Source: a virus. From it: a stretch of 64,000 bases of DNA. The translations under genes were made by a program, and so were the position numbers. The notes below the pieces were generated by a model. That model was not told the DNA's origin, did no database searches, and worked only from the letters and a program-made list of their open reading frames with translations. The stretch spans positions 32,001 through 96,000 of IMG/VR virus record IMGVR_UViG_3300037246_001677; one strand, written 5' to 3'. How positions within the stretch are numbered: the stretch's first letter is position 1; each line of letters starts with the position of its first letter. Of this stretch, positions 42,456 through 52,156 are shown one piece after another.

Positions 42456-43892
42456 TTATCTCTCCACTAACTCTTTGTCTTTCATGGCATTCGCAGCAGC
42501 CGCCATCATAGGTTTAAGCAAGTCATCTACATACCCCTTACCCCAGAAATTCAATCCTGAAATATTAGTAATGTCTTTATGACCACCAGACCCAGCTTGT
42601 ATCAAGTCCCAAAGAGGAATTTCAATCTTTCTTAGAATATTTTTTTGTTTGAATGATAATTTTTTATATGGTTTATTCATAATGTCTTGTTGCATGTCCC
42701 TATACTTACTTTTTTCTTTACCGAGACCACTCAAATTCTTTTCATATAGAGCCATCATATCTTTCCAAGTAAATCCCATGGCGTTTTCAATTTTCTTCTT
42801 TTCAATGTCCATTTCAAACATTCTCTTTGCTGATTCCATGCTAATCATCTTAGACTGTAATTTACTCTTAAATTTACCGAGTACATCTTTTTGTGCTATG
42901 TTACCTAAATGATAAGGATTATCTCTACCAATAAATGGATTTTTTGTTATTTGAAGTAAACCCATTGGCCAAGCAATTATTAAATATTGTGCATCTGGAT
43001 TATTTTTAAATGGAGTATATCTATCATAGCCTTTGAACATTCCCCCGCCACCATACTGAACTATAGTATTACCTATTATGACTTGAGCACCACTCTTTAG
43101 TCCTTTAACATCAGATACTTTTCCTTTACCCATTGACTTACCTTTTTGTTGTTTAACATAGTCAAACTTACCAGCTTCAACATCTTCCGGTGTTTTATAT
43201 CCATTCTTTACAGCAAGTTTCTTTATGACATTATACATTGATAACAATGAAGGTTCTGAATCCATAACAAGACTAGATAAAAATCCAGGCTTATTTTTAT
43301 AAGCCAATGTTAATGAGTTTGTTGCATAACCCATCATATCTCTATTTACTTTAGCACCCTTTGATTTATCTAATCTAAACACTGCTCTCATAACATCATC
43401 TGGTGTCATATTATTTCTAGCAAAATCTGCTGAGTCAACAGTACTAATAACTTTTACATCTGCTGGTGGAAATAAGTCATTCGGTGAGAGTGTTTGTGAG
43501 ATATGAGCTAAATTAGATGGCGTGTGTTTAAATGAAGTACTTGTTCCTTTTTCAACACCTACCTGTCCTTCATGGTGGTCTGTGTGAATATTCATGGTGG
43601 GTTTACCATGAGCAAAGTCAACCATGACTGCAAGTGTTTTATTCCTTGGTTTCGGTACTGCATACTCTTCACCACCATATTGAATAGGATGAGCAGCAAT
43701 TGTTTTAATTCCATATCTCTTTAAATAAGATTTCATGCCTATCGCAGAGGTAACACCATCAAGGTCTTTATGAAAATATATTTCCGCTTCTTTATATTCT
43801 TTACTTAAATTTTTTATATTTCTAATACCGGACTCACTTACAATTTGATCCTGTTCTATAATCATATCAATCTTACTTAATATATTCATCAT
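42456..43892 (-). CDS. DHH-family phosphoesterase-like protein
   Basis: HKDLDG, VDF, DHH, C-terminal GGH motifs. Confidence 0.75.
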   Translation of the reverse strand: MMNILSKIDMIIEQDQIVSESGIRNIKNLSKEYKEAEIYFHKDLDGVTSAIGMKSYLKRYGIKTIAAHPIQYGGEEYAVPKPRNKTLAVMVDFAHGKPTMNIHTDHHEGQVGVEKGTSTSFKHTPSNLAHISQTLSPNDLFPPADVKVISTVDSADFARNNMTPDDVMRAVFRLDKSKGAKVNRDMMGYATNSLTLAYKNKPGFLSSLVMDSEPSLLSMYNVIKKLAVKNGYKTPEDVEAGKFDYVKQQKGKSMGKGKVSDVKGLKSGAQVIIGNTIVQYGGGGMFKGYDRYTPFKNNPDAQYLIIAWPMGLLQITKNPFIGRDNPYHLGNIAQKDVLGKFKSKLQSKMISMESAKRMFEMDIEKKKIENAMGFTWKDMMALYEKNLSGLGKEKSKYRDMQQDIMNKPYKKLSFKQKNILRKIEIPLWDLIQAGSGGHKDITNISGLNFWGKGYVDDLLKPMMAAAANAMKDKELVER

Positions 43893-44343
43893 CAAAATCT
43901 CCTGGATCTGGTTGTTCTGTACCAACTTCTGGATTATCACTCATGTCATGTGCTCTTGGTACAAAAGCACCTAATATTTTATTAAATTTAACAGCTAATT
44001 TATTATCTGGTTCTTTCTGCTGCATAATAGTTATTGATTGTCCATAGTCTCCAACTGCCCTTGTTTGTCCCGAACCAATGACATTAACTGTGGTTCCACC
44101 AATATAACTACCACCAACAACAGACATTTCTACCAATAACTTATCTATTCTATTAATTATTTTTTCACTCATGTTTATCCTCTTTTCTTTTGTTAGTGCT
44201 TTTTGGCATTTTACGCATATAGACTCGGCATTCTTCCGATCATCTTCCATAGCTTTACTACATTTCGCACATAGAGCTGATGCTGATTTAAAAACATCAC
44301 CATATTCAAAATCCATATTAGCTACTTTAATATATTGAGTCAT
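43873..44343 (-). CDS. Hypothetical protein
   Basis: N-terminal CxxC...CxxC; nested SD+ATG at 44172. Confidence 0.6.
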   Translation of the reverse strand: MTQYIKVANMDFEYGDVFKSASALCAKCSKAMEDDRKNAESICVKCQKALTKEKRINMSEKIINRIDKLLVEMSVVGGSYIGGTTVNVIGSGQTRAVGDYGQSITIMQQKEPDNKLAVKFNKILGAFVPRAHDMSDNPEVGTEQPDPGDFDDEYIK

Positions 44344-44396
44344 TTATTCTTTCCTTTACCAGTGTCTTCCAACGGAACACATTCCTTTTTCATCGG

Positions 44397-44606
44397 TCAC
44401 CACTTCTGGCCTTCTGGACATTCCTCGTCTTCCTCATGTACTATAGTTTCAGTACCAAGTTTATTTTTTCTTTTCCTTTTTCTATATTTCATACCAATAA
44501 CATCAATATGTCCCTTGCCTGTATTCTTTGCTACATTACTGGTCATTGTGGCACCAGACTCATCGCCAATTAATAATTTATTCATTCTATCTAATAGATT
44601 ATCCAT
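44397..44606 (-). CDS. Hypothetical protein
   Basis: MDNLLDRMNKLLIGDE N-terminus. Confidence 0.55.
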   Translation of the reverse strand: MDNLLDRMNKLLIGDESGATMTSNVAKNTGKGHIDVIGMKYRKRKRKNKLGTETIVHEEDEECPEGQKW

Positions 44607-44617
44607 TTTTATGTCCC

Positions 44618-45082
44618 TTATTTACTTGCTAGCATTTTTGAAAATTTCGACTTAGGTTTAACTATCTTCTCTACTTTTTTTTCTACTAACTTTTTTGGTT
44701 TAATATCTAGCTCTGTAAGAATCATAGCTTTAATATTAGGTTTAATTCTTTCTTCAATTTCTTCTGTATCTTGAATTACCGCCTCAACTTTAATTGGCTT
44801 TTCAATTCTGATTGTATCCGACCATGGTGTTAAATAAACATCATCTGCAATAATCTCAAGTTTTGCAGTCATATTTTGATTATCTTTTAATTCTGAAATA
44901 ATAACATTCTCCAAAGGTGGTATTTCAACAAATATTTTATTATCTACAATTTTGATTGGAAAACCATATTCAATACCTTCATGAGTCAATCTAACTGCTC
45001 CTTTAATGTCTTCCATCAGAACACCTGAGATTTCAACACCAAATTTAATTTGTTTTGATCTTTGTACATTTAATGTTATCAT
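44618..45082 (-). CDS. Hypothetical protein
   Basis: Beta-rich; GAGGTGG SD; ATGA coupling. Confidence 0.65.
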   Translation of the reverse strand: MITLNVQRSKQIKFGVEISGVLMEDIKGAVRLTHEGIEYGFPIKIVDNKIFVEIPPLENVIISELKDNQNMTAKLEIIADDVYLTPWSDTIRIEKPIKVEAVIQDTEEIEERIKPNIKAMILTELDIKPKKLVEKKVEKIVKPKSKFSKMLASK

Positions 45083-45276
45083 AATATTTCCACCTCTATA
45101 ATATTAATTATAGGTTTTTGTTTTGTTTTTGACTCAACATTTCTTATGAGAATAACTGGTTTCTTTTTTACTTCTTCGTAATATCCACCGCCTCCGCCAC
45201 CTATGCCTTGTCCATCAACAACACCAGTACCGATTGATGGATTAAAATATCCCATAGTAGCTATTGCAACTGACAT
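45079..45276 (-). CDS. Hypothetical Gly-rich protein
   Basis: AAGGA SD. Confidence 0.55.
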   Translation of the reverse strand: MSVAIATMGYFNPSIGTGVVDGQGIGGGGGGYYEEVKKKPVILIRNVESKTKQKPIINIIEVEIL

Positions 45277-45288
45277 TATTTATCCTTT

Positions 45289-48200
45289 TTATACTTTTAT
45301 TTGCTTCCACGTTATAAATTTACCAGGTCCGCTTCCTGGTGCAGTTATCTCATATGTTCCAATCACATCATTTGCAGTACCAGTGCTACTTGGGTCTGAG
45401 TAGATACGAACCCTTGCTGATGTTAGGTTTGTATCACCATCATATACTGGATTATCAATATAAATATTTTCGTGCATTAGACCAAGTGCTTTTCTTAATA
45501 CCAAACCAAAAGTTTCATCAACCCCGTATCCAGATGTTGGTTCGCTCCACACAGCTACTGCTATATCTTTAGCCGTTATAACTTCTACTGAAGTTACAGC
45601 ACAATAATCGAGATAAAGAATATGATTAGCATTATATGATGTAATATGGTGTCTTATTCTAATTCTAACTTCGTTGTTATTAGTCCTATCTATATGCCTT
45701 TCATAGTACTCATGTGTATATTCAGCATTAGAAACAAAACCACCTGGCATGTACTGATCTACTAAATTTTCCCATACATCGGCTTCGTAATTGTATGCAT
45801 CTAAATCCATATAGTGAGTATTTGATGGAGTACCAGTATATCTACCAAATGTTGTAAAGACACCGGCTCTGTCTTCGTCCGGAATATTAAAAATCAATTC
45901 AGCTGTTATTCCAGTTACAGCATTTTCTTGAATCTGCCAATAAACACCATCTTTTATAAAAGTACTTGTATAAGTGTTGGTTTCTGTTCCAAATATAGCT
46001 CCACCACTTACCGCAGTAAAGAATGAAGTTGAAGTACTTGCGGCAATATCTGCTTTTGTTGCCAACTCTGCGCCATAAGTTCCAACTATTGTGTGATTTG
46101 CTAACTCTTCATTCCACACAGCATTTGTAATGGAAGTATTAGTAAGTGCCGCTTGTAAAACAAGACAATTCGGACCACTTTCATCAATAATTCTTGTAAG
46201 ACCAGCAATAACAATTGTTCCAGAAACACAAGTACTATCGACTCTAACTGTACCATTTAAGTCAAATGATGATACGTTCGTAGAAGTCTTTCCCAACACA
46301 GCATATTGACCACGACCTCTTATCATATTAAAATTACTATCAGATATATTTATATTAATAAATGTTAATGGATCGGTTACAAATGTATCACACTCTGTCA
46401 TGTAATTATTACCACCAGCTATAAAATTGACATCGTTTGTAGTTAATGAATTTTTTATACCACCAGATAAGTTATTAATTTCACCTAAAACACAAAAAGT
46501 AAATCTTGCCGCGCCACTCAATGTACCTGATACCGTTAAGTCATTAAAATATGTTAATTCTGTTTTAGGATTTACTAATGTTACAGAATTTCCTAAGCTT
46601 CTATCTGCATCAAAAGTATATCCACTAATGTCCTCACCACCTGAAATAGTCAAAGAACCAATTATATGAAAATGTGATAATTCATAATTAGATGATAATG
46701 TTAAAGCATCTGCTAATGAATTTACAGGGGATTGTCTAATACCAGCAGGATAAACAGTACCCGGTGTTCCATTCACTACATCAATATAAATAGCATTATC
46801 ATATGACTGCTGTAATAAAGCATGTCCAGTTGTTTCATCGTCCGCATGGTTAGCCAATGGCTCATCCCATACTGCTGATGCTATTGACTCTTTAGTTTCA
46901 CCGCGAGCTGGAATCATAACATAAGCAGAATTTAAATCTGGAACTATGTTCCAGTCAACATCAACAGTAGCAACCTTAGTTGTTCCGTCATATGCTGTAA
47001 TAGTTCTAACTTGGTCTTCACCTGTACCAGACCTAATAAATACTCGTTGCCTAATATAATTACCAGATACGGGCGATGCTAAAGTATTTAATGTAATTGT
47101 ACTAAGTGTTCCACCTCGTGCTAGTCCTTCATTTACATGCTCTCTGCCTGCCCATGCAGTTATTACATATTTGCTAATTCCAGTAATTGGATATACTTTC
47201 CAATCTCTATCGACAGTTATAACTCTATTTGTACCATCATACTGAAAAATTCCTCTTGTCTGTCCATCACCCGGACCATCAGTAATTGTTACTAATGCCG
47301 GGTCATAAGCACCATCTACACTACTTGCAAAATTATCTAGTTCAAGTTGGTTTACACCATTACCACTTCCAGCAACAGTACCAGTAAGAACAACAGACGC
47401 TGCAAGGTCTTTTAATTTTTTTCCTGTTGTGCCATCACTACCATGTCCGTCTATTTGTTCATCCCATACAAAATCCGCAATATTTTCATTACTAATAAAA
47501 CCTTCTATATCAACATTGCAATTTGGTCCTGAATTATCCGATTCAATTTGACCAACACCCAATAACTGAATACTTCCAGATACACATGATGAGTCAATTA
47601 TTATATTACCAGAGCTAGTATTTAAAACAGTTCTGTTTGTACCAGTTTTACCCTTTAAATTAATATTACCAGTCCAGTTAGACATGTTTAAATCTGCTGT
47701 TCCAATTACTATTTCTGGTTCACTACCAGCCGAACCACCTGCGGTTCCTTGAATAATTGTAGCCCATATTCCGAGATTTATTTCCGCATTATCTCCAAAA
47801 GCAACATTGTTCATAATACCAGAAAAGTTATCAAAATCAAGTACTGAACAGTCATTTAAAAGAATAGCATCTCCATTTATAAGCTCACCGGTTATATTTA
47901 AGTTTTTAAATACTGAGTTAGCCGCCGAACAGCCTGTTGTCAATGTTACTGTTGTACCCAATATACCAATTGTCTCTATGGATTTCTCAGAAATATTATC
48001 ATCTGCATCAACAGTTACGCTAGACAACAATGAAATTCTCTTTATCCTTCTACCATTAGCAATAAGTAGAGCGTCTCCTATATTGTTTACTGGTTTTGCT
48101 TTTGTACCAACACCAAAATCAGTTCCTGAAAATAAAGAATCTTCATCAACATAAATTTGGTCACCATATAAAAGAACTTGAAGTGCCCCTGCCGCAGATT

Positions 48201-48504
48201 TTGGTGAGTAACCAGATACTTGGTCAGACCACACCGAATTTCTCACATCATCATAGTAATTTTCATTACCGGCATAAGTATATCTTTCATTAAATGAAAG
48301 TACTACACCACCATCACACCTAATAGCATAATCTTTAGTAGAATCATATAATGTATAGTCATACTTATAATGGCCATCACCTACATCACTCATCGCAGCA
48401 TCAGTAATTACAAGAGAATTATCAAATAAATCTCTTATTCTTATTATTGCTGATAGTCCTGATGTTGGAACGCCACTATTTGTAAAAAATGCAGTTATAA
48501 TCAT
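45289..48504 (-). CDS. Large putative virion structural (tail/fibre) protein
   Basis: 1071 aa, G/T/S/N-rich, internal repeats, VWxE spacers. Confidence 0.7.
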   Translation of the reverse strand: MIITAFFTNSGVPTSGLSAIIRIRDLFDNSLVITDAAMSDVGDGHYKYDYTLYDSTKDYAIRCDGGVVLSFNERYTYAGNENYYDDVRNSVWSDQVSGYSPKSAAGALQVLLYGDQIYVDEDSLFSGTDFGVGTKAKPVNNIGDALLIANGRRIKRISLLSSVTVDADDNISEKSIETIGILGTTVTLTTGCSAANSVFKNLNITGELINGDAILLNDCSVLDFDNFSGIMNNVAFGDNAEINLGIWATIIQGTAGGSAGSEPEIVIGTADLNMSNWTGNINLKGKTGTNRTVLNTSSGNIIIDSSCVSGSIQLLGVGQIESDNSGPNCNVDIEGFISNENIADFVWDEQIDGHGSDGTTGKKLKDLAASVVLTGTVAGSGNGVNQLELDNFASSVDGAYDPALVTITDGPGDGQTRGIFQYDGTNRVITVDRDWKVYPITGISKYVITAWAGREHVNEGLARGGTLSTITLNTLASPVSGNYIRQRVFIRSGTGEDQVRTITAYDGTTKVATVDVDWNIVPDLNSAYVMIPARGETKESIASAVWDEPLANHADDETTGHALLQQSYDNAIYIDVVNGTPGTVYPAGIRQSPVNSLADALTLSSNYELSHFHIIGSLTISGGEDISGYTFDADRSLGNSVTLVNPKTELTYFNDLTVSGTLSGAARFTFCVLGEINNLSGGIKNSLTTNDVNFIAGGNNYMTECDTFVTDPLTFININISDSNFNMIRGRGQYAVLGKTSTNVSSFDLNGTVRVDSTCVSGTIVIAGLTRIIDESGPNCLVLQAALTNTSITNAVWNEELANHTIVGTYGAELATKADIAASTSTSFFTAVSGGAIFGTETNTYTSTFIKDGVYWQIQENAVTGITAELIFNIPDEDRAGVFTTFGRYTGTPSNTHYMDLDAYNYEADVWENLVDQYMPGGFVSNAEYTHEYYERHIDRTNNNEVRIRIRHHITSYNANHILYLDYCAVTSVEVITAKDIAVAVWSEPTSGYGVDETFGLVLRKALGLMHENIYIDNPVYDGDTNLTSARVRIYSDPSSTGTANDVIGTYEITAPGSGPGKFITWKQIKV

Positions 48505-48860
48505 TAATACGGTCCACTTCCACTTGTCGCAATTGTTGTTAGCTGTTTTTTAGCATTATAAGTAAACAATTTTGTTAGTGTTTCACTATCTGATATTCTA
48601 GTTAAATCTGTTCTAACTAATTGTTTACTAGGGTTATATGCCAAATCTTTATTAAATAACTTAGTTGTTTTTATACTATCTATCCATATCCCAATATTTG
48701 TCAATTGTTTCTTAGCATTATAGGTAAGTTCTTTATAATAGTATAGATAAATGGATTTAAATTCTAACTCCATTTCATTTGCAAGCTTTTCTAATACTGA
48801 ATATGCACCGGTTCCACTTGCTCCAGCAGAAGTTGTTTGTTTAGTTACAATAACACCCAT
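48504..48860 (-). CDS. Hypothetical protein with YNxxKQL repeats
   Basis: Three (L/F)xYNxxKQL repeats. Confidence 0.65.
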   Translation of the reverse strand: MGVIVTKQTTSAGASGTGAYSVLEKLANEMELEFKSIYLYYYKELTYNAKKQLTNIGIWIDSIKTTKLFNKDLAYNPSKQLVRTDLTRISDSETLTKLFTYNAKKQLTTIATSGSGPY

Positions 48861-49397
48861 TTATACCGTCCCTGGAATTAGTGTAGTATCAGTTTTAATA
48901 TCACTAACTATTTCTCCAAAGCTTCCTGAAACCACGTGACTTGCAGTGCTTTCATCCCAAACAGCATCAGCGATTGCTGCAGGATCGGCAGCAGAAGGTG
49001 ATTCAGAAGTAATCAAAGTAGCTGAAGATGAAGCAGCTCTATCAACACTTACAAAGGCTGTCGGTTTTCTTGGGTCCAATGAATCACCGCTTTCATCAAC
49101 TGCAACAATATTACCACCACCAATTGTACACAATGTCCAGTCTGGACCAAGTCGCGCCTCAAATGCAATTTGAGCATTATTCAACGTTGCTGTGATACCT
49201 ACTTGTACAGTACCACCTAAAGGTTCCTTTCCAGCTGCATCAATGAGAAATTCATATACTTCACCTGGTGTCACATCCTCAAAATTCCTACAAGTATCTA
49301 CAATTTCTTGAATACTAATTTCGACTGACGGCGATGCAACTGTTAAAATTCTTGGACTAGTATACCAAGTTATAGTTACATCATTCCGTATCGCCAT
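48861..49397 (-). CDS. Putative virion structural protein
   Basis: IADAVWDE motif shared with the 1071-aa protein. Confidence 0.65.
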   Translation of the reverse strand: MAIRNDVTITWYTSPRILTVASPSVEISIQEIVDTCRNFEDVTPGEVYEFLIDAAGKEPLGGTVQVGITATLNNAQIAFEARLGPDWTLCTIGGGNIVAVDESGDSLDPRKPTAFVSVDRAASSSATLITSESPSAADPAAIADAVWDESTASHVVSGSFGEIVSDIKTDTTLIPGTV

Positions 49398-49590
49398 CCC
49401 TTACTACCTCCACCAGAGACTTCATTTCATCACGAATTTTTGCCTCTCGTTCTTTTCTGTGTACGGTATCTGTCATATCATGATACTCTTTGATAGTATC
49501 TCTTTCCTTCTCTATAGCATCCTCAAAGGTTTTTATATTTTTTTTACACGCCTCTATTCCATTTTCTAAAGACTTAACACTATATGTCAT
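49381..49590 (-). CDS. Small coiled-coil protein
   Basis: AAGGAG SD. Confidence 0.6.
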   Translation of the reverse strand: MTYSVKSLENGIEACKKNIKTFEDAIEKERDTIKEYHDMTDTVHRKEREAKIRDEMKSLVEVVRDGDTE

Positions 49591-49601
49591 ATATTTTCTC
49601 C

Positions 49602-52097
49602 TTAAGTAATAATTGTATCTTCTGTTCTAATAACCGGAACCGACTGATCCGTTCCTGTTGTTGTACCATCTGAACTATATGGTTTTATCTTCGTTGTCGC
49701 TCTTGTATTTCTAACTTTAACTCTAAAGAATATTTGAGATATATAAATAATAGAAACACTTTCCTGAGCCGCTGAAGCAATCCTATCAATAAATGGAACA
49801 TAAACATAATCTGTTGATTTTACTGTTATAGGAACAGAATTTATTTCAATTATATCACCATCATTTTGACCAGCAATTCCTTCTCCTTCAAGTGTTAATT
49901 GAGAATCGCTATCAACAGTTTTAACATATCCCGACAAACCAACATCATTATTATAAACTAAATCACCTCGTTCTACATCAGTAATAAAACTACCAACATC
50001 ATATGTTACTATTGTTGGAGTAGTTGTAGCTGTTGCGGCAAACGCCGAAACATTAGCAAGTGTAAATGTTGAAACATCCCATGAGGAATATCTTATTTTA
50101 TATTCATCACCCGTCGCAGATGGAGCATCAACTAATACTAACCACCCACCTACCACTTTTCCAGGAACGTCCTGAGCAATACCACCAGAAACAGTAACTG
50201 TTGAATCTCCAGGAGCTTCACCACCGGCTGCGTTATACTCAGCTTTTACAATACTTCCTCCAGCTCCATCAAGACGGAATACACTAACTCTATCATGTAC
50301 AGCAGCACTTGTAGGACCACCTTCAAGGTTTGTAACTTCAATGGTAATAGCCTGTGGTCTTTCTTTTGTACCACCTTCTATTGGAGTTAGAAGAAATGAG
50401 TTCTCGTCTGCACTTATCCAACTTGAAAGAAGAACACCACGTGCACCAAAGAAAGTTCCTCCAGCGAATGTACCTAATGGAGAAGCAGTTTTTGCGGCAA
50501 AAGTAACAGCCGCACCATCTGGTCTAACAGAACCACCATTATCATTATCTGTTACAATATCCGTAGTATTAAATGTTCCACGAATATCTCTAAGTAATAT
50601 AACTTTTTCAGTATCATCAAATGCTATAATAACACCAGTAGCACCAGTACCTGCTTGAGTAACATCTCCACCTTCTGCGATTGAAGCAGTTACCGCACCT
50701 GTCCAACTTAAGTAGACTTCACCACCAATGTATCTTTCACCATTAATACCATCAAGGTCGTCTGTTACTTCACCATTTCTTGTGGCATATTTTAACCATT
50801 CATATACTTCTGTTAATGGATTATTTTGACAGTTAATTGTAATACCATAATCTTCAGTGGTACCATCATCATCAACATCGAAAGTAACATGTGTAAATGT
50901 AACCGTTGGTGTAGTATTACTTGTAAACCAAGTATTCTCACCAGGTCCGGTATCGGTAGGTGAAGCATCAGTTGTTGCTGTTGCAGTTGATATAGCACCA
51001 GTAATTACTTCTGCACCGCCACTATGAAATTCTAATTGTGGATCATCAATAGGAATATAAGTTATTGATGCACCATCAACTTGTGCTGTTACAATACCAC
51101 GAGCATCCGAAACAGCACCAGTAATAATTTCACCAACTATATATGGTCCATCAGAAAAAACACCAGTAGTTACAATCTTAATACCACTTGTATTATCAAG
51201 GTCAGCGGAAGTTTGAAGTGGAATTGGGTTTCTACCACCAGCAGTGGTTGAGTTTGCAACTTCAAATGAGGCATATAAGTCACCATACTTACGAGCGAAA
51301 CAAGTAACATACCCATCATCAATTATTGACCATGTACTTGACTCAATATTTTTTAATGCCACACAAATATCAATATGACTATTTCCATACCAGTCTTGTG
51401 TTGCATCGTTCCATGAATATACTCTATTTCTTAAAGCATCATCGGAAGCAACACCTTGATATAAGTAAAGGTGAACATTTGCATCAATAGTACCAATCGA
51501 GTATAGATTAGCCCAAATCATTTCACCTGTAGTACTTGCCGCAGTATCCCATTGAACGGCATCATGTGTATTACATGTTATTACCTGGTCTATATCAGTA
51601 AAATCATCACCTGCATCAGAACTATCCGGTCTAATAATTAAATAATCCCAGGTTGCACCAGTATCAATGAACTCTAACAGAGTACCATTACCATCTGTGC
51701 CACCTGAAATATCAAATCCTCTATCACCAGCCACGATGTCTCCACCTGTATCAACTGGAACACAAATAATACCTGTATTAGAACCGGTAACTCTGGTCCA
51801 TCCAGAAGTCCTTAGCGCGCCAGCAGTAATTTTTTCCATTAAATCAAAAGACATGAACCAAGGTTCGGTATCTCCTGAATCAATTTTACCTGTTGTATAT
51901 TCAACAGGAGTTTCAGCGGAGAATGCTGTTCCACTATCAATTGTTGCAGTTTCATCAAGCAATGTTGCCATTGCAGAGTACAATTCATTCATAGTGTAAG
52001 AGGTATTGGTTCCGCCAATCCAATACATTAGTTTTTGTCTGTTATTAGCGAGATAGTTAATTCCTATATCACCATTTAAAATCGTTGCGTCAGCCAT
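49602..52097 (-). CDS. Putative virion structural protein
   Basis: 831 aa, T/G/D-rich, GE.ITG...A.G repeats. Confidence 0.7.
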   Translation of the reverse strand: MADATILNGDIGINYLANNRQKLMYWIGGTNTSYTMNELYSAMATLLDETATIDSGTAFSAETPVEYTTGKIDSGDTEPWFMSFDLMEKITAGALRTSGWTRVTGSNTGIICVPVDTGGDIVAGDRGFDISGGTDGNGTLLEFIDTGATWDYLIIRPDSSDAGDDFTDIDQVITCNTHDAVQWDTAASTTGEMIWANLYSIGTIDANVHLYLYQGVASDDALRNRVYSWNDATQDWYGNSHIDICVALKNIESSTWSIIDDGYVTCFARKYGDLYASFEVANSTTAGGRNPIPLQTSADLDNTSGIKIVTTGVFSDGPYIVGEIITGAVSDARGIVTAQVDGASITYIPIDDPQLEFHSGGAEVITGAISTATATTDASPTDTGPGENTWFTSNTTPTVTFTHVTFDVDDDGTTEDYGITINCQNNPLTEVYEWLKYATRNGEVTDDLDGINGERYIGGEVYLSWTGAVTASIAEGGDVTQAGTGATGVIIAFDDTEKVILLRDIRGTFNTTDIVTDNDNGGSVRPDGAAVTFAAKTASPLGTFAGGTFFGARGVLLSSWISADENSFLLTPIEGGTKERPQAITIEVTNLEGGPTSAAVHDRVSVFRLDGAGGSIVKAEYNAAGGEAPGDSTVTVSGGIAQDVPGKVVGGWLVLVDAPSATGDEYKIRYSSWDVSTFTLANVSAFAATATTTPTIVTYDVGSFITDVERGDLVYNNDVGLSGYVKTVDSDSQLTLEGEGIAGQNDGDIIEINSVPITVKSTDYVYVPFIDRIASAAQESVSIIYISQIFFRVKVRNTRATTKIKPYSSDGTTTGTDQSVPVIRTEDTIIT

Positions 52098-52156
52098 TTT
52101 CTCTTTCTCCTATAATACTTTTTTCTTCTTTATTATTTATGCGGTTGCGTTATTAT

